DNA of 32,000 nt from Pseudomonas aeruginosa (GCF_001457615.1 NZ_LN831024.1:3030001-3062000); one strand, 5' to 3'; shown: positions 9,140 to 19,373, counted from the stretch's first letter. A program made the numbers and translations. Notes: a model not told the origin generated them from the letters alone.

Positions 9140-10393
9140 TTATTTATCATCATCGATCAGGGGAGTACTCCAGATCACCAGTTCAAGGGCCGCGGCGATC
9201 TGAATGCGATGATCGGCAAGCCGGACGGGCAACAGGTCCTGGGCACGCTCCAGCCGGCGCAGCAATGTGTTGCGATGCGTGCCCAGCGCTTCTGCGGTCT
9301 GGGTGATATTGCAGCCATTGGCCAGGAAGGCGTGCAGCGAGCGCTGAAGCACCGAAGGCTCCGTCGCCAGACGCCCCAGGGTGCTCAAGACGAACTGCCT
9401 GGCCGCGCGGTCGTCCTGGGTCATCAGCGACACCATCCTCACCTGGTCGATGGTGGCAACGGCGGGTGCGCCCGCCAGGCGGCCCATCAGCCTTTGCGTC
9501 GTCAGGGCCTCCAGATGCGAGCGACGGAAGCCATTGACTCCCGTGCCCGGCGAGCCGATTGCCGCGCGAATCCCTGAAAACCGCAGTGCGATGCCTTGCA
9601 GCAGGTTCAGGTCCAGCGGTTTCGCCGCATGGCTCCAGACCCACAGGGTCGCGGGGCCGGCGAATACGATCAACGGCGCCGCCGTGCCCGTGAGTTGCGC
9701 CAGGGTACGCGCCACATCCTCCAGAAGGCGGATCTCGGCGTCCGGGCTTTCGCACCAGACCAGGCCGGCGTAGTGCTTCTGGAAAAGGCTGTAGCCCAGC
9801 CGCCTGCCGAATTGCTCCGTATCCACATCCCTGCCCTCGAGCAGCCGACTGATCAGGCTTCGTTTGTCGATCGGGTCGTCATGGGCCTGGGCGCTCTTTT
9901 CTTCGAGGATGATCTGGGTCACCACACGCATGTTGCTGTCGATGAACTCCGAGATGGACCGCGACGAGACCTCCAGGAATTCCTCAAGCACCCTGGGATC
10001 CTGCGTCAGGTTGAAGGCCATCTTCATCCAGAGCTCCCAGGCGGTGTTCTGTGTCGACCTCGCGACATTCATCAGCAGCTCGGACAGCCCTCTGCGGGCG
10101 AGTTCCCTGGCCGTGTCCACCATGTCGGCCGAGACGTAGGGTTGCACCGGTTCTCCGGGGCGCTGCAGATTGGCGTTCGCCCAATGCAGCAACTCTGCGC
10201 GGTTGGCGCGCCGGCACGCCGCGAGGATGACCGGGTCCTCCAGCAGCTTGGCATCTTCCGGTGAAGAGAACAGCGCCTGATTGAGGCGCTCGACCCACTC
10301 CGGCGGCAGCGTCTGAGCGAGCTCGGCGCCTTTGCGCATGAGTTCACGAACGGCTTCCGATGGGCGTGGCCAGGAGGATGGCGTACTGGTCAT
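9140..10393 (-). CDS. PucR/CdaR-type transcriptional regulator
   Basis: C-terminal HTH_30-like segment VLQRSLHAFLANGCNITQTAEALGTHRNTLLRRLERAQDLL, with a GGDEF-like/PucR middle region. Confidence 0.85.
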   Translation of the reverse strand: MTSTPSSWPRPSEAVRELMRKGAELAQTLPPEWVERLNQALFSSPEDAKLLEDPVILAACRRANRAELLHWANANLQRPGEPVQPYVSADMVDTARELARRGLSELLMNVARSTQNTAWELWMKMAFNLTQDPRVLEEFLEVSSRSISEFIDSNMRVVTQIILEEKSAQAHDDPIDKRSLISRLLEGRDVDTEQFGRRLGYSLFQKHYAGLVWCESPDAEIRLLEDVARTLAQLTGTAAPLIVFAGPATLWVWSHAAKPLDLNLLQGIALRFSGIRAAIGSPGTGVNGFRRSHLEALTTQRLMGRLAGAPAVATIDQVRMVSLMTQDDRAARQFVLSTLGRLATEPSVLQRSLHAFLANGCNITQTAEALGTHRNTLLRRLERAQDLLPVRLADHRIQIAAALELVIWSTPLIDDDK

Positions 10394-10632
10394 GGGCGGT
10401 GCAAATCACTCAAAAATCACAGAGGAAATGGTGCAGTTCGTACCTTGGCGCAAGGTTGGGGGAAACCTAGCATGAACTCACTGCCTGAACAAAAAATACA
10501 AGGAGGCGCCGTGACGCTCCATGTTCTTTTTTTGGGGTTTAGCGCAGTGGCAAGCGGGCTTGTTCGCCGGTGCCCGTTGCCCGGGCAGCGACCCGCCTGC
10601 GCCAACCGTTCCTTCAATCCGGAGTTCTTTCA

Positions 10633-11499
10633 ATGTCAGCCTCTCGCGATACCTTCAGCCTGCCCGTCGTAACCCGCTCGACTCCAGCGCAAGAGATTGC
10701 ACTGCTGAGCGACCAGGCAGGTGCGGTGATCATCCGCAACTTCATGACCCCCGAACAAGTCGCACGGATCAACAACGAACTGGACGCTCCCCTGGCCGCG
10801 CTCGAGGCCGGCTCCAAGCACCAGCACGAGCTGATCGCCGAGTTCCATGGCCGCCAGACCAAACGGCTCACCAACCTCGTCACCCACAGCAAGACCTTTC
10901 GCGAGGAGATCCTCGATGACGACCTCTTTCACGACCTGGGGAACGTGCTCTACGCCGCGGAGTGCGGTGACTGGTGGCTGACCACGGCCCAGTTGATCGA
11001 GATCGGCCCAGGCAACAAAGCGCAAATGCTGCACCGCGACATGGCGCAGTACCAACCGTTCGTGGCCATGAATAAACATGCGCCGCGCACCATCACCAAC
11101 CTGATGCTGGCGCTGACCGATTTCACCGAGGAAAACGGTGCCACGCGCTTGATCCCCGGGAGCCAGGACTGGGATGACTTCGACGATGTAGGAACCCCAG
11201 AAATGACGATCCCTGCCCTGTTGAAAGCAGGAGATGCCGTGCTGTTCGGCGGGAAAGTCGTTCATGGCGGCGGGGCCAACGTGACCGCTGACTTCTACCG
11301 TCGCGGGCTCACCATCCCGATGCAGGCTTCGATCATCACGCCTGAAGAGGCCTACCCGTTGATCGTGCCGCTCGAACTGGTCAGAACGCTTGCTCCGCGC
11401 GTTCAGAAGATCCTCGGCTTCCGCTCCCAGTACCCCAATGGCAGCCCAGGCCTGTGGCAACATAACTACGCAGACCTGGCCGACTATCTCCAGCTCTAG
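10633..11499 (+). CDS. Phytanoyl-CoA dioxygenase (PhyH) family 2-oxoglutarate/Fe(II) oxygenase
   Basis: HRDMAQYQPFVAMN...LALTDFTEENGATRLIPGSQDWDD...VHGGGANVTADFYRRGLT: HxD...H facial triad and Arg. Start trimmed to MSASRDT, with GGAG upstream. Confidence 0.88.
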   Translation: MSASRDTFSLPVVTRSTPAQEIALLSDQAGAVIIRNFMTPEQVARINNELDAPLAALEAGSKHQHELIAEFHGRQTKRLTNLVTHSKTFREEILDDDLFHDLGNVLYAAECGDWWLTTAQLIEIGPGNKAQMLHRDMAQYQPFVAMNKHAPRTITNLMLALTDFTEENGATRLIPGSQDWDDFDDVGTPEMTIPALLKAGDAVLFGGKVVHGGGANVTADFYRRGLTIPMQASIITPEEAYPLIVPLELVRTLAPRVQKILGFRSQYPNGSPGLWQHNYADLADYLQL

Positions 11500-11517
11500 A
11501 AGCCTTCCACGCTGGCC

Positions 11518-11542
11518 GGCCTGGCCCCGAAGGCGCCAGGCC
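11518..11542. terminator. Hairpin between convergent genes (possible bidirectional terminator)
   Basis: GGCCTGGC...GCCAGGCC, 9-nt loop, lying between convergent ORFs; no clear T-run. Confidence 0.35.
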
Positions 11543-11583
11543 CAACCGAGTCCCCGGACAAGCAAAGAGGCCGGTGAACACTT

Positions 11584-12546
11584 TCATTCCTGGCGGGGCA
11601 TTACTCCGCGACGTGAAAACAGCAGCGGCGTGCCGTCGGCGTTGAACAGCGCCGCCGTCAGCGAAAGGCCGTCAGCCGACGGTGCTTCCTGGAAACTGTT
11701 TCCACCATCCCTGCTCCGTACCTTCAGTCCGTCAAGCCCGACCGCCAATACCCGAGCGCCAGCCACTGCTATGGATGTGACCGAGCCCTTGCCTTGCGTT
11801 GGCACTCTGAGAAAAGCCTTGCCATCGGCAGAGCCCTGCAACAGGGTGCCACGCTGACCACCCAGCAGCAGACGCCCATCGGCCAGCACCGCGCCAGACC
11901 ACAGGGTGCCCTCATAGCCGGTATCCAGGTAACGCCAGTTCTTCCCCTGGTCGTCGGAGCGCAGCACCTGCCCATGCTCGGCCGTGGCGTACAGGGTGCC
12001 GTGGTTGTCGGCAAACAGCCCCATCAGGTTGAGGTCGGCCCGCTTGGCTCCTGGAGGCGCTTGCAACGGCTGCTCCGTCCATGTCTTGCCGCCATCCTCG
12101 GTGGTCAGCACCAACGACCAGAGGCCTACCGCAACGCCCTGCCGGGCATCGAAAAAGTGCACGGCGAACAGCGGCCGGTCTTCTTCGCTCGACAGGCGCT
12201 GGACCTGCCAGGATTCCCCGCCGTCGGCGGTGGACAGGATCGCCCCCCAGTGACCCACCGCCCAGCCGTGCCTGGCATCCACGAAGGACACACCCGTCAA
12301 TGGCGTGGATAGTGGGACCGAGCGTGCCTGGCGCCACTGCCTGCCCTGGTCATCGGACAACAACACGACACCGTGGTCGCCCACGGCAACCACTCGCTCT
12401 CCGGCCCAGCCGGCGGCCAGCATGGTGGCCTGCGTGGCATTGCCCGCCTGCACGGCCGGCACGGCCTGCAACGGCGCGGCCTGGAGAGACATCAGCGGCA
12501 ATCCTGCTGCGAGCAAGGCCGCGGTGAATGAAACCCTGAACTTCAT
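11584..12546 (-). CDS. Exported Ycf48-like / BNR-repeat beta-propeller protein
   Basis: Signal peptide; repeated S-x-D-x-G-x-x-W units (LLSDDQGRQWRQ, LSTADGGESWQV, LTTEDGGKTWTE, LRSDDQGKNWRY, VRSRDGGNSFQE) and HGWAVGHWG. Confidence 0.88.
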   Translation of the reverse strand: MKFRVSFTAALLAAGLPLMSLQAAPLQAVPAVQAGNATQATMLAAGWAGERVVAVGDHGVVLLSDDQGRQWRQARSVPLSTPLTGVSFVDARHGWAVGHWGAILSTADGGESWQVQRLSSEEDRPLFAVHFFDARQGVAVGLWSLVLTTEDGGKTWTEQPLQAPPGAKRADLNLMGLFADNHGTLYATAEHGQVLRSDDQGKNWRYLDTGYEGTLWSGAVLADGRLLLGGQRGTLLQGSADGKAFLRVPTQGKGSVTSIAVAGARVLAVGLDGLKVRSRDGGNSFQEAPSADGLSLTAALFNADGTPLLFSRRGVMPRQE

Positions 12547-12556
12547 GCTTCTCTCC

Positions 12557-14971
12557 TCAGTGCACCAGCGCGCCGATCATGCGCACGGGACGTTTGCGCG
12601 GGAACGCCCGCTCCAGCCATACGGCGAAGGCCGGCAGCACGGTCATGGCCATGACCATGTTGACGACGAACATGAAGGCCAGCAGCTTGCCCATGTCGGC
12701 CTGGAACTTGAGCTCCGAGAAGGCCCAGGTGGCCACGCCAACGGCCAGGGTGATGGCGGTGAAAATGGTGGCGACGCCCACCTCGAGCAGCGCGTACTCC
12801 ACCGCCTTGGTGATCGTCTGGCCATGGGCCAGGTGCAGTTGCAGGCGGTTGTAGATGTAGAAGGCGTAATCGACGCCAATGCCCACTGCCAGCACCATCA
12901 CCGGCAAGGTGGCGATGGTCAGGCCGATCTGCAGCTCCTTCATGAACCAGTAGCCAATGAAGGTGCCGATGGTCAGCGGCAGGCAACACACCAGGACTGC
13001 CCGCAAGTCGCGATAGACCACGAACACCAGCAAGGCGATGGCGGCATAGACGTAAAGCAGCATGGGGGTTTCGCTCTTCTCCACCTCTTCGTTGATCGCT
13101 GCCAGGACGCCGGCGTTGCCGGAGGCGAGGCGGATCGAAATGCCTGACATCGGATACTCGCTGCGGAACGCCTTGGCGGCGTCCACCACTCGGTTGATGG
13201 TCGTGGCCTTGTGATCGGCCAGGTACAGGTGCACGGCCGACATGCTGCAATCGGTGCGCATCAGCCCGGGGGTTCGCGCAACCTCGGTGGCCAGCGCGGC
13301 GTAGTTCATCGGGTCGATGGGCACCGCCGCCATCTTCGGGTTGCCTTCGTTGTAGCCCTCGTTGAACTGACGCATGGTGGTGGAAAAGGACGCGACCGAG
13401 AGGACGCCGGGCACCCCCTGCATGGCCCACACGAAACGATCCTGGTACTGGCCCAGGGCGACATCCTCGCAGGCCACCTCGGAAGGAGCCTTGTCGACTT
13501 CGAACACCACGCTGAGCCAGTCCAGGCCAATGTCGTAGTTGCTGGCGATGGAGACCGCGTCGCGATTGAAGCGCGAGTCCTCGCGCAACTCCGGCGCACC
13601 CGCCTGCAGCGTGCCGACGACGCGGTCATGGCTTTGCCAGATCGCCGCCAGGAACACCGCCAAGGCCGCGCCGAGCACCCACTGCGCCTTGCGTGGCTCG
13701 GCGAGCCGGGCCAGGCCCCGCAGCCAACGGCTGCGACGCTGCCGGGAAACCTCCTGGGCGGCTGCGTACTTGTCGTCGACGCGCAGCAACGACGCCATCA
13801 ACGGCAACATCACCAGGTTGGTGACGATCTTGTAGGCCACGCCAAGCGAAGCCGTGATCGCCAGTTCCCGCACCATCGGGATCGGGATCAACAGCAGCGT
13901 CACGAAGGAAACCAGCGCGGTCACCAGCGCCAGCGTCCCGGGAACCAGCAACCCGGTGAAGCTCGAGCGTGCCGCCTCTTCGGCGCTCTTGCCGATGGCG
14001 ATCTCGCGCACGATGAAGTTGATTTGCTGCACGCCATGGGAAACCCCGATGGCGAACACCAGGAAGGGCACCAGCACTGCCAGCGGATCGAGCCCATAGC
14101 CCAACAGGCGCAGGCTGCCGAACTGCCAGACCAGCGAGGCCAGCGAACAGACCAATGCCAGCAAGGTGAAACGCAGCGAGTGGCAATACCAGTACACCGC
14201 CCCCGCCGTCAGCAGCAACGCCAGCAAACAGAACTCCAGCACGGCTGAAGCTCCGTCGGCGATGTCGCCGATCTGCTTGGCGAAACCGATGATCTGGATT
14301 TCGAAATCGCCGTCTTCGAAGCGCTGGCGGATCTCTTTCTCCAGCCGATGGTTGAAGGTTACGTAGTCCAGATGGGCGCCCTGGCTATCGTACTCGTTGA
14401 GTTCCACCGTGATCATCGCGCTGCTCTGGTCCCGGGAAACCAGCGTACCGATGAAGCCGCCCTGGGCAGTGGAATTGGCGATCTTCGCGATGATCCGGTC
14501 ATCCAGGTGCTCGGGAGAAACCGTTCCGGGTACCAGCGGATCAGCACGAAAACCTTCCTCGGTGATTTCGTTGACGAAGGCGTTGGGCGTCCACAGGGAG
14601 CGCACGCTGCTGCGCGATACTCCCGGGAGGAAGGTCACCGCCTGGGTGACGTCATACAGCCGCTTCAGGCCCGGGGCGCTCCAGATATCGCCCTCTCGGG
14701 CCTTGACCACGATGGTCAGTCGGTTCGCCCCCAGCAGGTCATTGCGGTAGGCCTCGAATGTCTCGATGTATTCGTGGCCTACCGGCAATTGCTTTTCGAA
14801 GCCGGCATCCATGCGCAGCTGTACGGCGAACCAGCCCATGATCAGCGTGAATACCGCCAGGCTCGCCAGCACCAGCCGGCGATGCCTGAACAACACACCT
14901 TCGACATATGACAACAGGCCACGTGTCGGGGCCTCAGGTAGCTTTACAGAACCGTTCACGGCAAGCCTCAC
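12557..14971 (-). CDS. RND/MMPL-family efflux-type transporter
   Basis: 804 aa with two sets of TM clusters; AIGVSHGVQQINFIVREIA and VLAVGIGVDYAFYIYNRLQ motifs. The GTG start overlaps the upstream TGA (GTGA). Confidence 0.92.
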   Translation of the reverse strand: MRLAVNGSVKLPEAPTRGLLSYVEGVLFRHRRLVLASLAVFTLIMGWFAVQLRMDAGFEKQLPVGHEYIETFEAYRNDLLGANRLTIVVKAREGDIWSAPGLKRLYDVTQAVTFLPGVSRSSVRSLWTPNAFVNEITEEGFRADPLVPGTVSPEHLDDRIIAKIANSTAQGGFIGTLVSRDQSSAMITVELNEYDSQGAHLDYVTFNHRLEKEIRQRFEDGDFEIQIIGFAKQIGDIADGASAVLEFCLLALLLTAGAVYWYCHSLRFTLLALVCSLASLVWQFGSLRLLGYGLDPLAVLVPFLVFAIGVSHGVQQINFIVREIAIGKSAEEAARSSFTGLLVPGTLALVTALVSFVTLLLIPIPMVRELAITASLGVAYKIVTNLVMLPLMASLLRVDDKYAAAQEVSRQRRSRWLRGLARLAEPRKAQWVLGAALAVFLAAIWQSHDRVVGTLQAGAPELREDSRFNRDAVSIASNYDIGLDWLSVVFEVDKAPSEVACEDVALGQYQDRFVWAMQGVPGVLSVASFSTTMRQFNEGYNEGNPKMAAVPIDPMNYAALATEVARTPGLMRTDCSMSAVHLYLADHKATTINRVVDAAKAFRSEYPMSGISIRLASGNAGVLAAINEEVEKSETPMLLYVYAAIALLVFVVYRDLRAVLVCCLPLTIGTFIGYWFMKELQIGLTIATLPVMVLAVGIGVDYAFYIYNRLQLHLAHGQTITKAVEYALLEVGVATIFTAITLAVGVATWAFSELKFQADMGKLLAFMFVVNMVMAMTVLPAFAVWLERAFPRKRPVRMIGALVH

Positions 14972-16614
14972 AAGGTGCGGGAGATCGCGATGCCGACATA
15001 ATCGCGGTCACGATAAAGCTGGTCGTAGGGCGTCTCACCGCCCATGAACTTCGCGTAGTTGAGGGAAATCTGCCAACTGGCCGGGTTCCGCACGAAGTTC
15101 AGGTACAGGTTCATGCTGCTCGCGTCCTCGGTGAAGGTTGCGCTGAGGTTCGGTGTCCGTCCTCCCAGCGACCGTGCATAGAAGACGCCCGGCGTGACCT
15201 GCCAGCCCGGCAACAAGGTGCCGTCATAGGTCAGGCTGAAGTCCAGGTTGATCCCTGAAGAGGTCTTGTCGCCACGGGACTTCGGCGCTCTGGCAGGATC
15301 CAGCTGCCAGGCATTGAGCCCCGCGGCGAGCGGTTCGCCATTGACCTCGTCATGCAGCCCCGGGTACTTGATGACCACCAGTTCGGTCAGCAAGCTGCCC
15401 GTGCTGGCCCCGCTGAAATCCAGAAGCGTCGGGGAATTGGACGGCGTGAAGCTGTACAGGCCTGTCAGGTGCCACTGGAATTTCTTCTCGTCCTTCCAGC
15501 ATTTGCCGCCGTTGCCGGTACACAGGTCGATGACCGGGTTGAGCATGACCGAGTCCTTCGGCCGGTACGACAGCTCCGTACCGACGGCCCAGTCACCGAT
15601 CGGCATGTTGGCACTGATGCCGTACATCATCCGGTCTTCCTGGTACTCCCAGGTCGGTGCCGCCGCGAAGGTGTTCGGGTCGAGAATGGCGACACGCAAC
15701 GATGGCAACTTGTCGTGATAACGCATCACGTAGAAGCCATAGGCGACGTCGCTGTCCTCCGGCTGCCAGCGCAGCGAAAGGCCCCACTGGCCGCTGTCGC
15801 GGGCGTCCTTTTCGGAGAATCCGTAGTCCCCCCTGCCCTCACCCAGCGCGTTGGTGGTGGACCAGTAGCTGCCCACCGGCGGCAATTCGCTCTTGTTCCA
15901 GCGGAATTGATAGTAGGCCTCGACGTTGACACCCGAGCCCAGGCCCGACGCGACACTGAGCATCGGCGCCGGCAGCACGGCCTCCTTGAGCTGCACGCCG
16001 GGGCGCGCCAAGGCCTGGTAATCATAGGCGTTGGTATTGTTGATGCCACCGGCCACGAACAGGCTTTCGCCCCAGTTGATCACCTGGTTGCCCAGGCGTG
16101 CGCGGACCCGCTGCCCGCCCACGTCGAAGCCTTTGCTCACCCACAGGTCCAGCAGGCGGGCCTTGAACGCGAGGTCGTCGCGGGCGTCGTCGCTCAGCCC
16201 GTTGCTGCCGACGCTCTCCGGGGTGTTGAACGACAGCGTGCCGGTGGTATCGGTGGCAGCGAAGTCGCGGATCCAGGTGCCGCGCGCCATGAAGGTGATG
16301 TCCTCGGGCATCTTCAGCAACAGCTCATGGGTGCCCTTGAGGTAGTTGGTGAACATGTCGCCGCGGTCGTAGTTCAGGTCGCCCTGGTCGGCCACGCCGG
16401 AGCTCTGCGCCAGGCAGCCGGAGGGCGCGTTGTGCCCGGTCGGTCCCTGGTTGATCAGGTTGCAGCCCCGTGACTCGGTACGCAGACCCATGCCTGCGGT
16501 GATCGTGGAGTCGAAGGAGCCATTGAGGGTTTCGGTTTCGAACGTGAATCCCATTGCCAGTGGGGTTGTGCACGCGATGACAAGGCCTGAGGCTTTCGTA
16601 ATTATTTTTTTCAT
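14968..16614 (-). CDS. DUF1302 domain-containing outer-membrane-associated protein
   Basis: Signal peptide then FETETLNGSFDSTITAGMGLRTE..., INWGESLFVAGGINNTNAYD, C-terminal aromatic/beta-rich segments typical of DUF1302. Confidence 0.88.
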   Translation of the reverse strand: MKKIITKASGLVIACTTPLAMGFTFETETLNGSFDSTITAGMGLRTESRGCNLINQGPTGHNAPSGCLAQSSGVADQGDLNYDRGDMFTNYLKGTHELLLKMPEDITFMARGTWIRDFAATDTTGTLSFNTPESVGSNGLSDDARDDLAFKARLLDLWVSKGFDVGGQRVRARLGNQVINWGESLFVAGGINNTNAYDYQALARPGVQLKEAVLPAPMLSVASGLGSGVNVEAYYQFRWNKSELPPVGSYWSTTNALGEGRGDYGFSEKDARDSGQWGLSLRWQPEDSDVAYGFYVMRYHDKLPSLRVAILDPNTFAAAPTWEYQEDRMMYGISANMPIGDWAVGTELSYRPKDSVMLNPVIDLCTGNGGKCWKDEKKFQWHLTGLYSFTPSNSPTLLDFSGASTGSLLTELVVIKYPGLHDEVNGEPLAAGLNAWQLDPARAPKSRGDKTSSGINLDFSLTYDGTLLPGWQVTPGVFYARSLGGRTPNLSATFTEDASSMNLYLNFVRNPASWQISLNYAKFMGGETPYDQLYRDRDYVGIAISRTL

Positions 16615-16637
16615 GCTGGCTCTCGATCTGGCGTCGG

Positions 16638-18062
16638 TTAGCGCTCGCTGATGGCTCGCAGATTGTCGGAGGTGAAGAAGTCACGCTTCAGGCGGGGGGA
16701 GCCGTTGTCTTCGGTGAGCCAGCGAATATCGTTCTTGCCCGCCCCGATCGAGGTCATGTCGAAGAGGTAGCGGCCATCCGCCAGGTTGTACTGGACCTGG
16801 GCCTGGACGTCGCAGGCGCCTGTCTCGTACACGGGAATCGAGAACCCTTCGCGCACTTTCCAGATCTGCCCTTGCTTGTCGTAGTCCACCGCCAGCAACG
16901 GGTTCCAGCTGTCCTCGTCGATGTAGAACATGCGCTTCGGCGCCTGATGGCGCATGCCTTGACGGACATTGGCCTCGACGACCCAGACCCGATGCAGCTC
17001 ATAGCGACGCGACTGCGGCGCGATCGAGTCGTTGCCGGCAAACGTCTCCACCTTGGCGCCAGTGTCGTAGGCACCGAAATCGTTGTAAGGCACCAGCAAC
17101 TCCTGCTTGCCGATCAGCTTCCAGTCGAAACGGTCCATGGTGCCGAAGAAGACGTTCGCCTCGTCGACGGTGTACTGGTTATCCAGGCCGATCTGTGGCG
17201 CATCGTAGGAGTACGACGGCATTCGCCGCACGCGGCGCTGGCCGGGGAAGTAGTAGAAGGTCGTGGCCTGTTCGCCGGCCACGGCAGTCTGTACCGCGGA
17301 CTGGCCGGCCAGAGCAGCCGGCTCGAGGTAGTTGAAGAAGGTCGCATTCTCCAGGCGGCCAACTGACGAGAAGAGCGCACTCCCCTTTTTCCCCCAGGGC
17401 GTGAAGAAGAAGGTATCTGTCGACTGACGTAACCATTCCCCCCCTTTGCGTGGAGAAATTCCGGAAATGGTCCGGGGAATTTCGACGCCAACGCCGCGGT
17501 AGCGCATCTTCATGTTCCACATCACCTCGGCACCGGTACTCGGCATGGGGAACGGGATGCCCGGAACGTGAGCCTCGTCCAGAGCGAGGCCGGCAGCATC
17601 GAGCTTGGCGAAACCAACGTTCTGCCGGGTGTTCTCGACCACGAAGTCCGGAGCGCTACAGGTCCGACGGGTCGGATACACATCCATGCGATAGCCGGGA
17701 ATCCTCTTGAACAGCTCGACCTGTCCGGGGGACAGCTTGCTCGAGTGTTGCGCGAGATTGTTCGCGTCGATGCTGTAGAGCGGCTTGTCGCCCTTGAACT
17801 TCCAGTGCTCTCCTCGCACCTGGCCGTAGCTCCATCCCTCGTCCTGCTGTCCAGGCTGCGTCCAGGCAGGAATATCCCCGCTTGCACTCGCTGCGATCTC
17901 CCCGCCCAAGGGGGTCAGTTTCGACCCCAGCGCCTCGGGGCCCTGGGGCGCAGCCTGGACCGAACAGAGCACGGTCGATACCGCGAGGGTCATGAACAAC
18001 TGCTGCTGGAAAACACGACGGGTGGGCGCTTCACCTTCCAGCCGTTCAGTTACATCTTTCAT
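16638..18062 (-). CDS. DUF1329 domain-containing (LolA/LolB-fold-like) exported protein
   Basis: LTPLGGEIAASASGDIPAWT, YFPGQRRVRRMPSYSYDAPQ, DRFDWKLIGKQELLVPYN, HRVWVVEANVRQGMRHQAPKRMFYIDEDSWNPLLAVDYD: DUF1329 hallmarks. Start trimmed to MKDVTERLEG. Confidence 0.9.
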   Translation of the reverse strand: MKDVTERLEGEAPTRRVFQQQLFMTLAVSTVLCSVQAAPQGPEALGSKLTPLGGEIAASASGDIPAWTQPGQQDEGWSYGQVRGEHWKFKGDKPLYSIDANNLAQHSSKLSPGQVELFKRIPGYRMDVYPTRRTCSAPDFVVENTRQNVGFAKLDAAGLALDEAHVPGIPFPMPSTGAEVMWNMKMRYRGVGVEIPRTISGISPRKGGEWLRQSTDTFFFTPWGKKGSALFSSVGRLENATFFNYLEPAALAGQSAVQTAVAGEQATTFYYFPGQRRVRRMPSYSYDAPQIGLDNQYTVDEANVFFGTMDRFDWKLIGKQELLVPYNDFGAYDTGAKVETFAGNDSIAPQSRRYELHRVWVVEANVRQGMRHQAPKRMFYIDEDSWNPLLAVDYDKQGQIWKVREGFSIPVYETGACDVQAQVQYNLADGRYLFDMTSIGAGKNDIRWLTEDNGSPRLKRDFFTSDNLRAISER

Positions 18063-18137
18063 TGGATGGCTCCTCACACAGGGCATGGACCGGTTGCTCG
18101 ACCTCCCAAGGGGAAGAAGTCGGCTCCTGTCGATAAT

Positions 18138-18176
18138 GATCATTTGACCTGATCAATTGACCATGTCGGACGATCA
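18138..18176 (-). promoter_or_regulatory. Tandem 13-bp operator-like array A (3 units) upstream of the DUF1329 operon
   Basis: Minus-strand reading: GATCGTCCGACAT | GGTCAATTGATCA | GGTCAAATGATCA; 76-114 bp upstream of the ATG at 18062. Confidence 0.65.
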
Positions 18177-18501
18177 TGAGGCAAACCATATGCCAGTTCT
18201 CTTTCATGTTTTTTTAATTGTTATAAATCAGGCGGTTATGGAAAAAGTTCTGTTCCAGGCCCAGTGCCCTGTGCACCACCTTGGGAAGTAAAGAAACATG
18301 TGTTACCTGGAGATGCTTGGTAACAGGGCACAAGAGAGCTTGAGGGGAACTTTCGTAGATATCGGCTCGGGCATTTTTAATTGTCGTTTCGCCTCGGGTC
18401 AGAGGGAGCGATCGGATATGACCGGTCATGAATCGAGCAACTTTATCCGACAATGCACGCTCCGCGGCGGAGCGGGACTATAGCGGATGTAATGCCTGCA
18501 A

Positions 18502-18526
18502 AAAAAACCGCCCCGAAGGGCGGTAA
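18502..18526 (-). terminator. Rho-independent terminator
   Basis: ACCGCCC-CGAA-GGGCGGT stem; the A-tract on its left becomes a U-tract on the minus strand, downstream of the 18616..19278 gene. Confidence 0.85.
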
Positions 18527-18615
18527 AAGGCAGGGCCAGGGCCTGCCATGGAGTTACAGCAGAACAGTTCTGCCAGGTTATCGGTAAGAAAGAAAAACTT
18601 GTCGCGCCGTATTGT

Positions 18616-19278
18616 TTATCGCGGACGAGGAAACGCTTGGCCGTATACCTTGTTCGAACGCTCCAGCGCACCATAGGCATAGTACAACTGCACCATGGAA
18701 TAGGACCAAGCCAGGAAGGCCATGGTCATGAAGACCATCTTCGTGTCGTCTCCCGGAATCGGGAAGAAGTCATATCTGAGTGCTACTACCAGGCCCGCCA
18801 GCCCGCCAGCGATGGTGGCCAGAGTATGGAGGGCTTCGCCTGCACGGGCCAGTTGCAAGGTGAAGTAGCAAAGATACAAGGTATAGGCTGACCACATGAA
18901 TACATAGAAATAAGGGAGGAATCCCTCGATGATTCCAGACAGGAAATAGACGCCGGTAGCGGCAAAGCCAGCTACAAAAATGAGGATGTCCTTGGCGGGC
19001 GACGGTTTGTAATCGTGGGTAACTGCCATTAGCCCGAGCGTAGCGATAACTGGCACTCCCACCCCTCGCGAAAAGGCGTCGAGAAAGATCGCGATGTTGT
19101 AGTTGGCTTGCCAGCCGGTGGCTATGAATGTAGTGAAGTTCGATGCCGAGATACCTACGATCAAGAACTCCAGGCCAAGCAAATAGTTTTTCCGCCTGAT
19201 GAATGCAGCGCCATAAAACAATCCGGAAATCACCAGGAGAATACATGAGAGCAGAGCGAACAAGTCTCTCGGTTCCAC
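18616..19278 (-). CDS. Hypothetical polytopic integral membrane protein (about 6-7 TM)
   Basis: 220 aa, mostly hydrophobic: LFALLSCILLVISGLFYGAAF, DILIFVAGFAATGVYFLSG, FYVFMWSAYTLYLCYFTL, MVFMTMAFLAWSYSMVQLYYAYG. Last gene of an apparent operon ending in a terminator. Confidence 0.75.
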   Translation of the reverse strand: MEPRDLFALLSCILLVISGLFYGAAFIRRKNYLLGLEFLIVGISASNFTTFIATGWQANYNIAIFLDAFSRGVGVPVIATLGLMAVTHDYKPSPAKDILIFVAGFAATGVYFLSGIIEGFLPYFYVFMWSAYTLYLCYFTLQLARAGEALHTLATIAGGLAGLVVALRYDFFPIPGDDTKMVFMTMAFLAWSYSMVQLYYAYGALERSNKVYGQAFPRPR

Positions 19279-19373
19279 GTTAACTGCCCCTTCAGATAGA
19301 GTTGTATCGATGCCTTGTGTCTAATCGGTGCAAGGGAGTACGGGCATAACCCCATTAACTCCCCGCATCGTTA

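Noticed and set aside
13211-16473. Plus-strand ORFs 13211..14248 and 15352..16473 opposite the RND and DUF1302 genes
   Set aside because: Antisense high-GC shadows; opposite strand has well supported families.
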